From positions 7,517 through 71,516 of the forward strand of contig DASXVG010000134.1 of NCBI GenBank assembly GCA_036504355.1: a stretch of 64,000 bases of DNA. The letters run 5' to 3'. The notes under the pieces are model-generated. The model searched no databases and was not told where the DNA came from. It saw only the letters and a program-made list of their open reading frames with translations. Made by a program: the position numbers and the translations under genes. This stretch comes from Candidatus Limnocylindrales bacterium (GTDB lineage: Bacteria > Chloroflexota > Limnocylindria > Limnocylindrales > CSP1-4). This document shows, piece by piece, positions 35,601 to 43,859 of this stretch; position 1 is the first letter of the stretch; every line of letters starts with the position of its first letter.

Positions 35601-36346
35601 GCGGCGACGGCTGGGCGTACGACATCGGCTTCGGCGGGCTGGACCAGGTCCTCTCCTCGGGCCGCAACGTGAACATCCTCGTCCTCGACACCGAGGTCTA
35701 CTCCAACACCGGCGGCCAGGCCTCCAAGGCGACCCCGCGCGGCGCGGTCGCGAAGTTCGCGGCCGCCGGCAAGGGCACCGGCAAGAAGGACCTGGGCGCG
35801 ATCGCCCGCTCCTACGGCAACGTGTTCGTCGCCCAGATCAGCCTCGGGGCGAACGACGCCCAGTCGATCAAGGCGCTGCTCGAGGCGGAGGCGTGGGACG
35901 GCCCGTCGCTGGTCATCGCCTATGCGACATGCATCGCGCACGGCATCGACATGTCGAAGTCGATGAGCCACCAGAAGGACGCCGTGAAGAGCGGCTACTG
36001 GCCGCTCTACCGCTTCCAGCCGAGCGAGGTCGAGGACGGCACGCCGTTCAAGCTGGACTCGACAAAGCCGAGCATCCCGATCAGCGACTTCGTAGCGACC
36101 GAGACCCGGTTCGCGATCCTCCAGCGGACCGATCCCGATCGCGCCGCGGACCTCGCCGCGCTGGCCCAGGCCGACGCGGACGAGCGCTGGCGCTACTACG
36201 AGCAGCTGGCGGGCATCCACCGGAGCGTCCCGCACGTCGTCCACCTGGACCCCGCCGATGCGACCACGGTCGATGTCGGCACGACAGTCCTCGAGGCCGC
36301 CGCTCCGGCCGCCGCCGCGTCCAACGGGAAGGGAGACCTCGCGTGA
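32672..36346 (+). CDS. nifJ: pyruvate:ferredoxin (flavodoxin) oxidoreductase, single-polypeptide type
   Basis: Frame of ORF 32573..36346 from ATG 32672. Two ferredoxin motifs, CIDCGKCAIVCP and CTGCGVCVDVCP. TPP motif GGDGWAYDIG. Confidence 0.9.
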   Translation: MTAHWECLDGNEAAARVAYAMSEVISIYPITPASGMAEYCDDWSAAQRPNLWGAVPTVIEMQSEAGAAGAVHGSLQKGALTTTFTASQGLLLMIPNMFKIAGELTPAVIHVAARTLATHALSIFGDHSDVMHARATGWALLSAGSVQEAHDFALVAHAATLRARVPFLHFFDGFRTSHEVNKISVLDADDMRALIREDDLLAFRRRGLTSEAPVVRGTAQNPDVFFQAREACNPFHDAVPGIVQEVFDELATRTGRQYRLVEYHGARDAERVVVIMGSGAGAVRETVDTMIAAGEKVGVVTVRLFQPFPAAELLAALPKTVRSIAVLDRTKEPGAVGEPMYQAVVTALTEAMDGDEPPFATAPRVIGGRYGLSSKEFTPSMIKPVYDELLAAKPKRHFTVGIYDDVTRLSLPIATTFRQPRPAGEVQALFFGLGSDGTVGANKASVKIIGEGTDLFAQGYFVYDSKKSGSVTSSHLRFGPSPIHSSYLVDNADFVACHQFGLLQSVRMLDRAKHGATFLLNSPYEADEVWEHLPAEVRHQLVDKQINLWIIDAMTVAAETGMGNRINTIMQPCFFHLSGVLPAEDAIARIKAFVKKSYAKRGDAVVQRNFAAIDRSLERLHRVPLGPVGDALPMRALVPDTVPDFIREVTARLMAGDGDLLPVSALPVDGTFPSGTTKYEKRAIAPQIPIWDQAICIDCGKCAIVCPHASIRMKVYPEEATPALAGFPSKEFKSRDLPGHRITIQVAPDDCTGCGVCVDVCPAKSKTDVGHKAINMAPYLEHRDVERVRWDEFAAIAPLDRAAIPHDTVKGAAQLEPLFEFSGACAGCGETPYLRLVTQLFGDRMIVANATGCSSIYGANLPTTPWTKNAQGRGPAWANSLFEDNAEFGLGMRLALDAQTSFAQQLLTRLAPVVGEDLVREILDAPQATEPEIVAQRERVDRLRAVLETVTGDGAADARQLMTLTTDLVRQGVWIIGGDGWAYDIGFGGLDQVLSSGRNVNILVLDTEVYSNTGGQASKATPRGAVAKFAAAGKGTGKKDLGAIARSYGNVFVAQISLGANDAQSIKALLEAEAWDGPSLVIAYATCIAHGIDMSKSMSHQKDAVKSGYWPLYRFQPSEVEDGTPFKLDSTKPSIPISDFVATETRFAILQRTDPDRAADLAALAQADADERWRYYEQLAGIHRSVPHVVHLDPADATTVDVGTTVLEAAAPAAAASNGKGDLA

Positions 36347-37368
36347 CCGTCGACCTGCGCACCCGCTATCTCGGGCTGGACCTGCGCTCGCCGCTCGTCT
36401 GCTCGTCGTCCCCCTTCACCGGGGAGCTGGCGACGGCCCGCCGCCTGGAGCAGGCCGGCGCCGCGGCGCTCGTGCTCCCGTCGCTGTTCGAGGAGGAGAT
36501 CCTCAACGAGGAGATCCAGCTCACCCGCGCCCTCGAGGCCGGCACCAACCAGTTCGCGGAGGCGCTGGACTACTTCCCGGCGATCGACTCGATCCCGTCG
36601 GCCAGCGACCGCTACGTGGACCTCATCGCGATCTACAAGCGCGAGCTCGGCATCCCGGTGATCGCGAGCCTCAACGCCGCGACCCCCGGCGGCTGGGTCC
36701 GCTACGCGCGCCAGATCCAGGAGGCCGGGGCCGACGCCCTGGAGCTCAACCTCTACCACCTCGTGGCCGACCCGCGGATGACCGCCGCCGACCGTGAGGC
36801 GATGGACCTCGAGCTCATCCGGGCCGTGAGCGCCGTCGTCACGATCCCCGTCACCGTCAAGCTCAGCCCGTTCTACTCGGCGCTCGCCGGGTTCGCGGTG
36901 AACGCGGTATCCGCCGGGGCGGACGGCCTCGTGCTGTTCAACCGGTTCTACCAGCCGGACCTGGACCTCGACACCTTCGACGTCGTCAACCGGGTCGAGC
37001 TGTCACACCCGTCCGAGCTCCGGCAGCCGCTCCGCTGGATCGCGATCCTGCGTCCGCTTCTCGGCCCGGGCGTCTCGCTCGCGGCGACCTCGGGCGTCCA
37101 CTCCGGGACCGACGCGGTCAAGGCGCTGCTCGTGGGCGCGGACGTCGCGATGATGACGTCGGCGATCCTGCGCCACGGCCCCGAGTTCGTGCGCACGGTC
37201 GAGCGGGAGCTCGTCGAGTGGCTCGAGACCCGCGAGTACGAGTCGGTGACGCAGCTCCGTGGCTCCGCGACGAAGGCGACGATGGGCGACCCAACGGCCT
37301 TCGAGCGCGCCAACTACATGGCGACGCTCCACTCGTGGTCGACGCCGCCGGAGCTCGCCACCTTCTAG
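36343..37368 (+). CDS. dihydroorotate dehydrogenase-like (class 1 DHOD/TIM-barrel flavoprotein) protein
   Basis: GTG 36343 overlaps the PFOR TGA (GTGA). Sequence VTVDLRTRYLGLDLRSPLV...ALELNLY...VKLSP...LVLFNRF... Confidence 0.75.
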   Translation: MTVDLRTRYLGLDLRSPLVCSSSPFTGELATARRLEQAGAAALVLPSLFEEEILNEEIQLTRALEAGTNQFAEALDYFPAIDSIPSASDRYVDLIAIYKRELGIPVIASLNAATPGGWVRYARQIQEAGADALELNLYHLVADPRMTAADREAMDLELIRAVSAVVTIPVTVKLSPFYSALAGFAVNAVSAGADGLVLFNRFYQPDLDLDTFDVVNRVELSHPSELRQPLRWIAILRPLLGPGVSLAATSGVHSGTDAVKALLVGADVAMMTSAILRHGPEFVRTVERELVEWLETREYESVTQLRGSATKATMGDPTAFERANYMATLHSWSTPPELATF

Positions 37369-37401
37369 GTCGAGCCGGTCAGGCCCCGCGACCGGACGGT
37401 C

Positions 37402-38364
37402 TCAGGCCGCCCGGATCGCGTCGAGGAACGGCCCGAACCGGTCGAGCGTCTCGTCCGTGAGCGCGGGCAGCGGGCTCGGGTCGTCCGCCGCCCCGACGTA
37501 GAACGTCAGGTGCGAGACGCCGGCCACGCCGATCGCGCGCACGGTCTCCGCGACGGTCGCCGCGTCGCCGGTGAGGCAGCCCGGCTTCGGCATCGCGACG
37601 CCGTCTCCGTTCACGGTCAGGCGCGCCCAGCCGGTGACCGGGAGCGTCCGCGGGTCGCGGCCCACCGCGTCGCACGCCGCCGCCGCCGACGCGACGACCG
37701 CGAGCGCGTCCTCGACCGAGCTGATCGGGCGGTTGACGTTGACGAGGTCGCCGAAGCGGGCCGCGACCGCGAGCGTCTTCGCTCCGGCCCCGGCGAGCAG
37801 GACCGGGATCGACGTCGGACGCGGCCCCCGCGGGATCAGCACCGCTGCATCCGTGCGCACGAGCGCGCCCTCGAACGTGTACGGCGCCTCCGCCCGGAGG
37901 AGGCCCGTCACGACCTCCGCTGCTTCCGCGTAGCGGGCGATCGGCCGGGCATCATCGAACCCGAACGCCCGCCACGACGGGTCACGCTCCGGGACACCGC
38001 TCCCCAGCCCGAGCACGAGGCGGCCGCCGCTCACCTCGTCGAGCGTCATCGCCATCTTGGCCAGGAGCGCCGGGTTGCGGAATCCGGCGCAGGCGATGAA
38101 CGGCCCGACCTCGATCCTGCTCGTCGCCTCCGCCGCCGCGACGAGGATCGTCCAGCACTCGTGGAACCCGAACACGCCCCGGCCGGGGGTCGTGCGCAGG
38201 AGATGGTCCGGGACCCACAGCGTGTCGACGCCCATCGCGTCCATCGCCCGCGCCAGCCGGCGCATGTCCGGCCACGACGCGTAGCCCCCGTCGCGCAGGG
38301 GCCACGTCGGCAGGTTGAGCCCGATCCGGATCGGAGCGGGGGCCTGGGTGCTCAGGTCGTCCAT
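37402..38364 (-). CDS. LLM-class (F420-dependent type) oxidoreductase
   Basis: ORF 37402..38379. I prefer ATG 38364 (MDDLSTQ...) over 38379. Contains DTLWVPDHL and GRLVLGLGSG. Confidence 0.8.
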   Translation of the reverse strand: MDDLSTQAPAPIRIGLNLPTWPLRDGGYASWPDMRRLARAMDAMGVDTLWVPDHLLRTTPGRGVFGFHECWTILVAAAEATSRIEVGPFIACAGFRNPALLAKMAMTLDEVSGGRLVLGLGSGVPERDPSWRAFGFDDARPIARYAEAAEVVTGLLRAEAPYTFEGALVRTDAAVLIPRGPRPTSIPVLLAGAGAKTLAVAARFGDLVNVNRPISSVEDALAVVASAAAACDAVGRDPRTLPVTGWARLTVNGDGVAMPKPGCLTGDAATVAETVRAIGVAGVSHLTFYVGAADDPSPLPALTDETLDRFGPFLDAIRAA

Positions 38365-38386
38365 GCCGCCACCGTACATCGTGGCG

Positions 38387-39193
38387 TCAGGTCGGGGCGG
38401 CGAGGTCCCGGCGCGGGAAGCGCCACAGCCCGAACGCGGTCCCCGCCACGGCGAGCGCGGCGAGCGCCACCACGTCCGTCGCGACGTCGCGGCCGGCGAG
38501 GATCTCGAGCGGCCGGAGGTAGTGGAACGGCGAGAACGGCTGGAGGAACGCGGCGTCGGGCCACAGCGTGCCGAGCACCTCCAGCACGTAGCCGGCGATC
38601 ACGAGCACCAGCCCGATCCCGGCGGGCAGGGCTACCCGGTCCGACGATGCCGACGCGGCGAGGCTCACGGCCCCCAGCGCGACGAGCAGCGCGACGGTGT
38701 TGACAGCGAGGAACCCGAGCGCGCCCGCATCCAGCTGGCCGGCCAGCCCGTAGGCCGCCGCCCCCGCGAGCGTCCCGCCGACCTGTGCGAGAGTCGTGAT
38801 CACCGCGAACAGGGTGATCGCGAGGAGCAGCGTCGCGAACACGGACCGTCGCGACACCGGCCGGCTCAGCAGCACCTCCAGCGTGCCGCGCTGCCGCTCG
38901 CCGGCGATCGCGAACACCGCGAACCCCACCGGGTAGACCAGCTGGAGCCCGAGGGCGACCGGGTGGACCGCCCCGAGCGCGACCGCCCCGCCCAGGCTGA
39001 ACGGGTCGGCCCCGAGCAGCCGCAGGAACGCGTCCGGGATGATCCCCGACTGGAGCAGCGTCTCCATCTGGCGCCCGAAGGTGGCGTAGATGACGGGCAT
39101 CAGGAAGCCCCACAGGCCGAGCGCGAGCGCGATGAGCAGCACGCGCAGACGGTGCGCTCGCCACGTGTGCCGGAGCAGCGGCCCGTTGATCAT
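38387..39193 (-). CDS. ABC-2 type transporter permease
   Basis: Trimmed to MINGPLLRHTWRAHRL.... ATG overlaps the ATPase TGA (ATGA). Six hydrophobic helices. Confidence 0.75.
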   Translation of the reverse strand: MINGPLLRHTWRAHRLRVLLIALALGLWGFLMPVIYATFGRQMETLLQSGIIPDAFLRLLGADPFSLGGAVALGAVHPVALGLQLVYPVGFAVFAIAGERQRGTLEVLLSRPVSRRSVFATLLLAITLFAVITTLAQVGGTLAGAAAYGLAGQLDAGALGFLAVNTVALLVALGAVSLAASASSDRVALPAGIGLVLVIAGYVLEVLGTLWPDAAFLQPFSPFHYLRPLEILAGRDVATDVVALAALAVAGTAFGLWRFPRRDLAAPT

Positions 39194-40146
39194 CTCGCGG
39201 TCCCTGCAGCCCGTGATCCGTCCCCGGCCTCGTCGGCAGCCTCGTCGGCGGCCTCGCCCTCGTACAGCTCGAGGAACGCCTCCTCCAGCCGCGCCGGCTC
39301 GATCGTGAGGTCGGCAATCGGTGCCCCGTCCAGCGCCGCGATGAACGCCCTCGGGTCCCCGTCGAGGTCGCACGTGACCAGGTCGCCGGCGATCACGAGG
39401 TTTGACACCCCGGCAACGTCCGCGAGGGCCGGCGGCGGGCCGGACAGCCGGATCTCCACCCGCCGCCGACGCCGCGCGAGCAGCGTCCCGACGTCCTCCA
39501 GCGCGACCAGCCGCCCCGCGCGCACGACGGCGACCCGGTCGCACACTCGCTCGACCTCGGACAGGACGTGGGAGCTGAAAAAGATCGTCCGGCCAGCGGC
39601 ACGCAGCCTGTCGAGGATCTCGTAGAACGCCCGCTGCATGAGCGGGTCGAGGCCCTCGGACGGCTCGTCGAGGATCGCGAGCTCCGGGTCGTGCTGGAGC
39701 GCCTGCACGATGCCGATCTTCTGGCGCATGCCCCGGCTGTAGTCGCGGATGGGCCGGGCGAGCGTCCGCGCCGGCAGCTCGAGGCGGTCGCACAGCTCGG
39801 CGCGCCGGACGGACGGCCGCCCGGCGAGGGCGGCGAGGTAGTCGAGCTGGTCCGCCCCGGTGAGGCCGTCATACAGCGCGATCCCACCCGGCAGGTACCC
39901 CGTCCGGGCGCGGATCGAGACGCTGTCGCGCGCGATATCGAGCCCGAGGACCGACGCCTGCCCGGCAGTCGCGTGGAGGAACCCGAGCAGGAGGCGGATG
40001 AACGTGCTCTTTCCAGCCCCGTTGGGCCCCAGGAAGCCGAAGATCTCGCCCTCGCGCACCTCGAGCGTGACGTCCTCGAGCGCGCGGATCGGCCTGCCGT
40101 CCGCCGGGTAATGCTTGGTCAGCCCCTGGGTCGAGATCGCGGCCAT
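39190..40146 (-). CDS. ABC transporter ATP-binding protein
   Basis: Walker A GPNGAGKST, signature YSRGMRQK and Walker B AILDEP. Confidence 0.9.
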   Translation of the reverse strand: MAAISTQGLTKHYPADGRPIRALEDVTLEVREGEIFGFLGPNGAGKSTFIRLLLGFLHATAGQASVLGLDIARDSVSIRARTGYLPGGIALYDGLTGADQLDYLAALAGRPSVRRAELCDRLELPARTLARPIRDYSRGMRQKIGIVQALQHDPELAILDEPSEGLDPLMQRAFYEILDRLRAAGRTIFFSSHVLSEVERVCDRVAVVRAGRLVALEDVGTLLARRRRRVEIRLSGPPPALADVAGVSNLVIAGDLVTCDLDGDPRAFIAALDGAPIADLTIEPARLEEAFLELYEGEAADEAADEAGDGSRAAGTAR

Positions 40147-40179
40147 CGCGCAGAGGCTACCCGAGGCAGCCGCGCGACC

Positions 40180-40659
40180 TCAGCCGACGACGATCGACAG
40201 CAGCTTCGAGATCGCCACGATCCCCAGCCACAGGAGGCCGCCGAACGCGAGCGCGACGCCGCCGACCAGCGCCCACGACGACGACGTGCTCGCGCCGGGA
40301 TCCACCGCGTGGCGGTGGAACAGGGCGAGGTTCCGGGTGTTCGCCTTGAACCCCACGTCGAACAGGTCGCCCAGGAACGGGATCAGACCGACGAGGAAGT
40401 CCACGGTGGCGTACATGATCATCCGGGCGAGCACGACGCCCGGCAGCCGGAACCGCGCTGCCTCGATGACGATCCACGCCGAGATCGCGCCGCTCGTGAG
40501 GTCGCCCAGGAACGGAACGAGGCCGATGATCGGATCGAGACCGACGCGGACGCCGGTCCCGGGGATCCGCACGATGTCGTCGAGGAGATGCGCGACGGCG
40601 GCGATCCGCCGCTCGGCGGCGAGGACGCGCTCGGTCCGCCCCGCGCTGGTGGCTGTCAT
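40180..40659 (-). CDS. DUF4112 domain membrane protein
   Basis: Duplicated motif, IPGTGVRVGLDPIIGLVPFLGDL and DFLVGLIPFLGDLFDVGFKAN. Confidence 0.75.
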   Translation of the reverse strand: MTATSAGRTERVLAAERRIAAVAHLLDDIVRIPGTGVRVGLDPIIGLVPFLGDLTSGAISAWIVIEAARFRLPGVVLARMIMYATVDFLVGLIPFLGDLFDVGFKANTRNLALFHRHAVDPGASTSSSWALVGGVALAFGGLLWLGIVAISKLLSIVVG

Positions 40660-40772
40660 GGGGCGATGATGCCGCCTCGTGCCGACTGCGGCGTTCCGTC
40701 GCCGCCTCGCGCCCTGCCAGTCGCGTTGCAGGTGCCGTCGCGGGATCGCCCGAGCCGGTAGATTCGATCGCG

Positions 40773-41402
40773 ATGCTGTTCCGTGCCGATCCCTGGCTCC
40801 ACGTCATCGCAGGGTGCATGTCCTCGGGCAAGACCGACGAGCTCCTGCGCCTCCTCCGCCGCGCGGAGATCGCCAAGCGGCGCATCGTGCTCGTCCGCCC
40901 GGACGTGGACGACCGGACGCCCGCCGAGTACGCCGAGAGCCGCTCCAAGGCGCGCTACCCGTCGACGCCCGTGCCCAAGGGCGAGCCGGTGGCGATCCTG
41001 TCGCTCGCGCGCGAACGCGACGTGGATCTCGTGGGGATCGAGGAAGCCCAGTTCTTCGACGGCAACCTGCCGCGCGTCGTGGAGACGCTCCGCCAGAGCG
41101 GTCGGCACGTCATCGCGAGCGGCCTCAACACCGACTTCGCCGGGCGGCCGTTCGGCTCGATGCCCGAGCTCCTGGCGCTGGCGGACGAGATCACGATGCT
41201 CAGCGCGATCTGCGTCGTGTGCGGCGAGACCGCAACGCGGACCCAGCGCCTCGTCGGCGGGCGGCCGGCCGCGATCGACGACCCGCTCATCGTCATCGGC
41301 GGATTCGAGGCAACCATCGAGACGTACGAGGCCCGCTGCCTCCGGCACCACGAGGTCGCGCCGGCGCGCTCCGCCCGAGGCGTCGTCGCCGATGGCCAGT
41401 AA
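40773..41402 (+). CDS. tdk: thymidine kinase
   Basis: P-loop GCMSSGKTDELL, EEAQFF and zinc-knuckle CVVCGE...ARC. A TAGATT -10 hexamer ends 8 nt before the ATG, so the mRNA is possibly leaderless. Confidence 0.9.
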   Translation: MLFRADPWLHVIAGCMSSGKTDELLRLLRRAEIAKRRIVLVRPDVDDRTPAEYAESRSKARYPSTPVPKGEPVAILSLARERDVDLVGIEEAQFFDGNLPRVVETLRQSGRHVIASGLNTDFAGRPFGSMPELLALADEITMLSAICVVCGETATRTQRLVGGRPAAIDDPLIVIGGFEATIETYEARCLRHHEVAPARSARGVVADGQ

Positions 41403-41407
41403 CCGCG

Positions 41408-41728
41408 ATGGCCGGCCGGCCGCAGCCGAGCTCCGCGTCGTGGCGGGCTCCGGTGCTGATGCTCGCCATCGTCGTCCCCGTCCTGCTCGCGATGGTCATG
41501 CTGATCCGGGCCGGCGGCGGGCTGCGCGTCGACCCGGGCATCGACTGGTCCGCGTACCCCGCGTCCGTCCACGACGCCATCGACCTCGCCGCCAAGAACG
41601 CCGACTGCGCGGGCCTGGCCAGGCAACGTGCCGGGGCCCTGTCCAGGGCCACCGGAGCGGGCGCGGACCCCTCGCCGCTCGTCGCCTACATCGACACGAT
41701 CCGCCAGCAGCTGGTGTGCCCGCGTTGA
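41408..41728 (+). CDS. membrane-anchored hypothetical protein
   Basis: Frame of ORF 40679..41728, trimmed to MAGRPQPSSASWRAPVLMLAIVVPVLLAMVMLI... Confidence 0.5.
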   Translation: MAGRPQPSSASWRAPVLMLAIVVPVLLAMVMLIRAGGGLRVDPGIDWSAYPASVHDAIDLAAKNADCAGLARQRAGALSRATGAGADPSPLVAYIDTIRQQLVCPR

Positions 41729-41785
41729 TCCTCGCCCCGACGACGGTGCGGATGGCCGGTGTCCGTGCGGTCGGCGGGCTGCCAA

Positions 41786-41873
41786 TTGTGCACAAGTTAT
41801 CCACGGTCCGGCGGAAACGTGGACAACTCCCGGCGAACACGCCCGAACTTCGTGGACAAGCCCGTTGTGACAC
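41786..41873. promoter_or_regulatory. cluster of five DnaA-box-like 9-mers
   Basis: TTGTGCACA (41786-94), TTATCCACG (41797-805), TTGTCCACG on the minus strand twice (TGGACAA at 41820-26 and 41853-59), and TTGTGACAC (41865-73). Confidence 0.55.
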
Positions 41874-42112
41874 CCGAGGCCCGCGGATATCGTTCGGTTT
41901 GCCCGAAGGGGCCGGTGGTACCGACGCCGGACCGATGAGTGATCATCGGACCGGGTCCCCGAACCGCCGCCGACGAGGCCGCAAGGTCGACGAGGTGGAG
42001 GTGCCGGGGCCGCTGCGACAAGGCCGAGCTTGCTTGGCAGTGGCGTGGGCGTGACGGTACGGTACGGTTCCTTCGGGCGCTTTCGTGTGCGCCGCGCCTT
42101 CCGGACCCGCCG

Positions 42113-42580
42113 ATGCCCAAGCTGTCCGCCGGACTCCTCCTCTATCGCCGCGTCGATGAGAACGTCGAGGTGCTGATCGCCCATCCCGGTGGGCCGATCT
42201 GGGCCCGGCGTGACACCGGCGCGTGGTCGATCCCGAAGGGTGCCGCCAACGATGGTGAGCACCTGATGGAGGCGGCATACCGCGAGTTCGAAGAGGAGAC
42301 TGGCCACCCGGCCCCGCGCGGCGAGGCGATCGACCTCGGCGAGGTGCGGATGCGCTCGGGCAAGGTGGTCCGCGGCTGGGCCCTCGAGGGCGACCTGGAT
42401 CCCGCCCGGATCCGGAGCATGCAGGTCGAGGTGGAGTGGCCACCCAGGACCGGCCGCATCGTGACGGTCCCCGAGATCGACCGGGTCGCCTGGGTCCGCC
42501 CGAGCGAGGCGCGGCGGCGGCTCAACCCCGCCCAGGCGATGTTCGTCGACCGGCTGCTCCAGGCCCTCGCGAAGACCTGA
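42113..42580 (+). CDS. NUDIX hydrolase
   Basis: Trimmed to MPKLSAGLLLYRR.... Nudix box GAANDGEHLMEAAYREFEEETG. Confidence 0.85.
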   Translation: MPKLSAGLLLYRRVDENVEVLIAHPGGPIWARRDTGAWSIPKGAANDGEHLMEAAYREFEEETGHPAPRGEAIDLGEVRMRSGKVVRGWALEGDLDPARIRSMQVEVEWPPRTGRIVTVPEIDRVAWVRPSEARRRLNPAQAMFVDRLLQALAKT

Positions 42581-42596
42581 GCCGGCCCGTCGTCGC

Positions 42597-43859
42597 GTGC
42601 AGCCATCCTCGACCCCGACCCTGCCCGGCGATCCCGCCCGGCCGGCCGAGCGCGCGGACGTCGCGATCATCGGCGCCGGGATCGTGGGGCTCTCGACGGC
42701 GCTCCGGCTGCTCGAGGCCAGGCCGGGCCTCCGCGTGGTCGTGCTCGAGCGCGAGGACCGCGTTGCCGCCCACCAGTCCGGGCACAACTCGGGCGTCGTC
42801 CACGCGGGCCTGTACTACGCCCCCGGTTCCGCGAAGGCGCTCCTGTGTCGGGAGGGAAAGGCGCTGCTCGAGCGCTACTGTGAGGCGCACGCGATCCCGA
42901 TCGAGTTCCCGGGCAAGCTCGTCGTTGCGCTGTCCGACGCCGAGCTGCCGCGGCTCGCCGCGCTCCGCGAGCGTGGGCTGGCGAACGGCGTGGACGGCCT
43001 CGAGGAGGTGGCTCCGGCGCGCCTGCGCGAGCTCGAGCCGCACGCGGCCGGGATCCGCGCCCTGTGGAGCCCCCGGACCGGCATCACCGACTTCGCCCGG
43101 GTGACCAACGCCTTCGCCGACGACGTGCTGGGGCGCGGCGGCATGATCGAGCTGCGCCGCGGCGTCGGCGGCATCCGCCGCATCCCGAGTGGCGACCTCC
43201 TGCTCAAGACCGCGCGTGGCGACCTGCGCGCCGGGGCCGTCATCGCGTGCGCGGGGCTGTGGGCGGACCGGGTCGCCGCCGCGACGGGCGACGACGGCCT
43301 GCAGAGCCCGCGGATCGTGCCGTTCCGCGGCGACTACTACACGCTCACGCCGGATGCACGGCCCCTCGTCCGCGGGCTGATCTACCCCGTCCCGGATCCC
43401 CGGTTTCCGTTCCTCGGCGTCCACTTCACGCGGCGGATCGACGGCGAGGTGTGGGCGGGACCCAACGCCGTCCCCGCGGCTCGCCGGGACGGCTACCGCC
43501 GTCGCGACGTGTCCCTGCGGGACCTCTCGGGCACGCTCGCGTACCCTGGGTTCATGCGCCTCGCTCGCCGCTACTGGCGGACGGGTATCGCCGAGCTGTG
43601 GCGCGATGTCCGGCGGCCGGTGTTCGCGGCGGAGCTCCGGCGGTATCTCCCGGCGCTGCGCGACGACCAGCTCGTGTTCGGCCCGTCGGGTGTTCGAGCG
43701 CAGGCGCTCGCCCGGGACGGGACGCTCGTCGACGACTTCGACCTCGCCCGGCGGGACCGCATCATCCACGTCCGGAACGCGCCGTCGCCCGCCGCCACGT
43801 CGTCCCTGGCGATCGGCGGCCGGCTCGCCGCCCAGGCGATCGAGGGGTTCGGACTGTGA
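42597..43859 (+). CDS. lhgO: L-2-hydroxyglutarate oxidase
   Basis: FAD motif VAIIGAGIVGLSTA, HQSGHNSGVVHAGLYY and HVRNAPSPAATSSLAIG. Confidence 0.8.
   Translation: MQPSSTPTLPGDPARPAERADVAIIGAGIVGLSTALRLLEARPGLRVVVLEREDRVAAHQSGHNSGVVHAGLYYAPGSAKALLCREGKALLERYCEAHAIPIEFPGKLVVALSDAELPRLAALRERGLANGVDGLEEVAPARLRELEPHAAGIRALWSPRTGITDFARVTNAFADDVLGRGGMIELRRGVGGIRRIPSGDLLLKTARGDLRAGAVIACAGLWADRVAAATGDDGLQSPRIVPFRGDYYTLTPDARPLVRGLIYPVPDPRFPFLGVHFTRRIDGEVWAGPNAVPAARRDGYRRRDVSLRDLSGTLAYPGFMRLARRYWRTGIAELWRDVRRPVFAAELRRYLPALRDDQLVFGPSGVRAQALARDGTLVDDFDLARRDRIIHVRNAPSPAATSSLAIGGRLAAQAIEGFGL

Noticed and set aside
41786-41873. Calling the DnaA-box cluster the chromosomal origin (oriC).
   Set aside because: There is no dnaA, dnaN, rpmH or parAB nearby, no obvious AT-rich unwinding element, and only five boxes. 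I report it as a DnaA-box cluster of unknown role instead.
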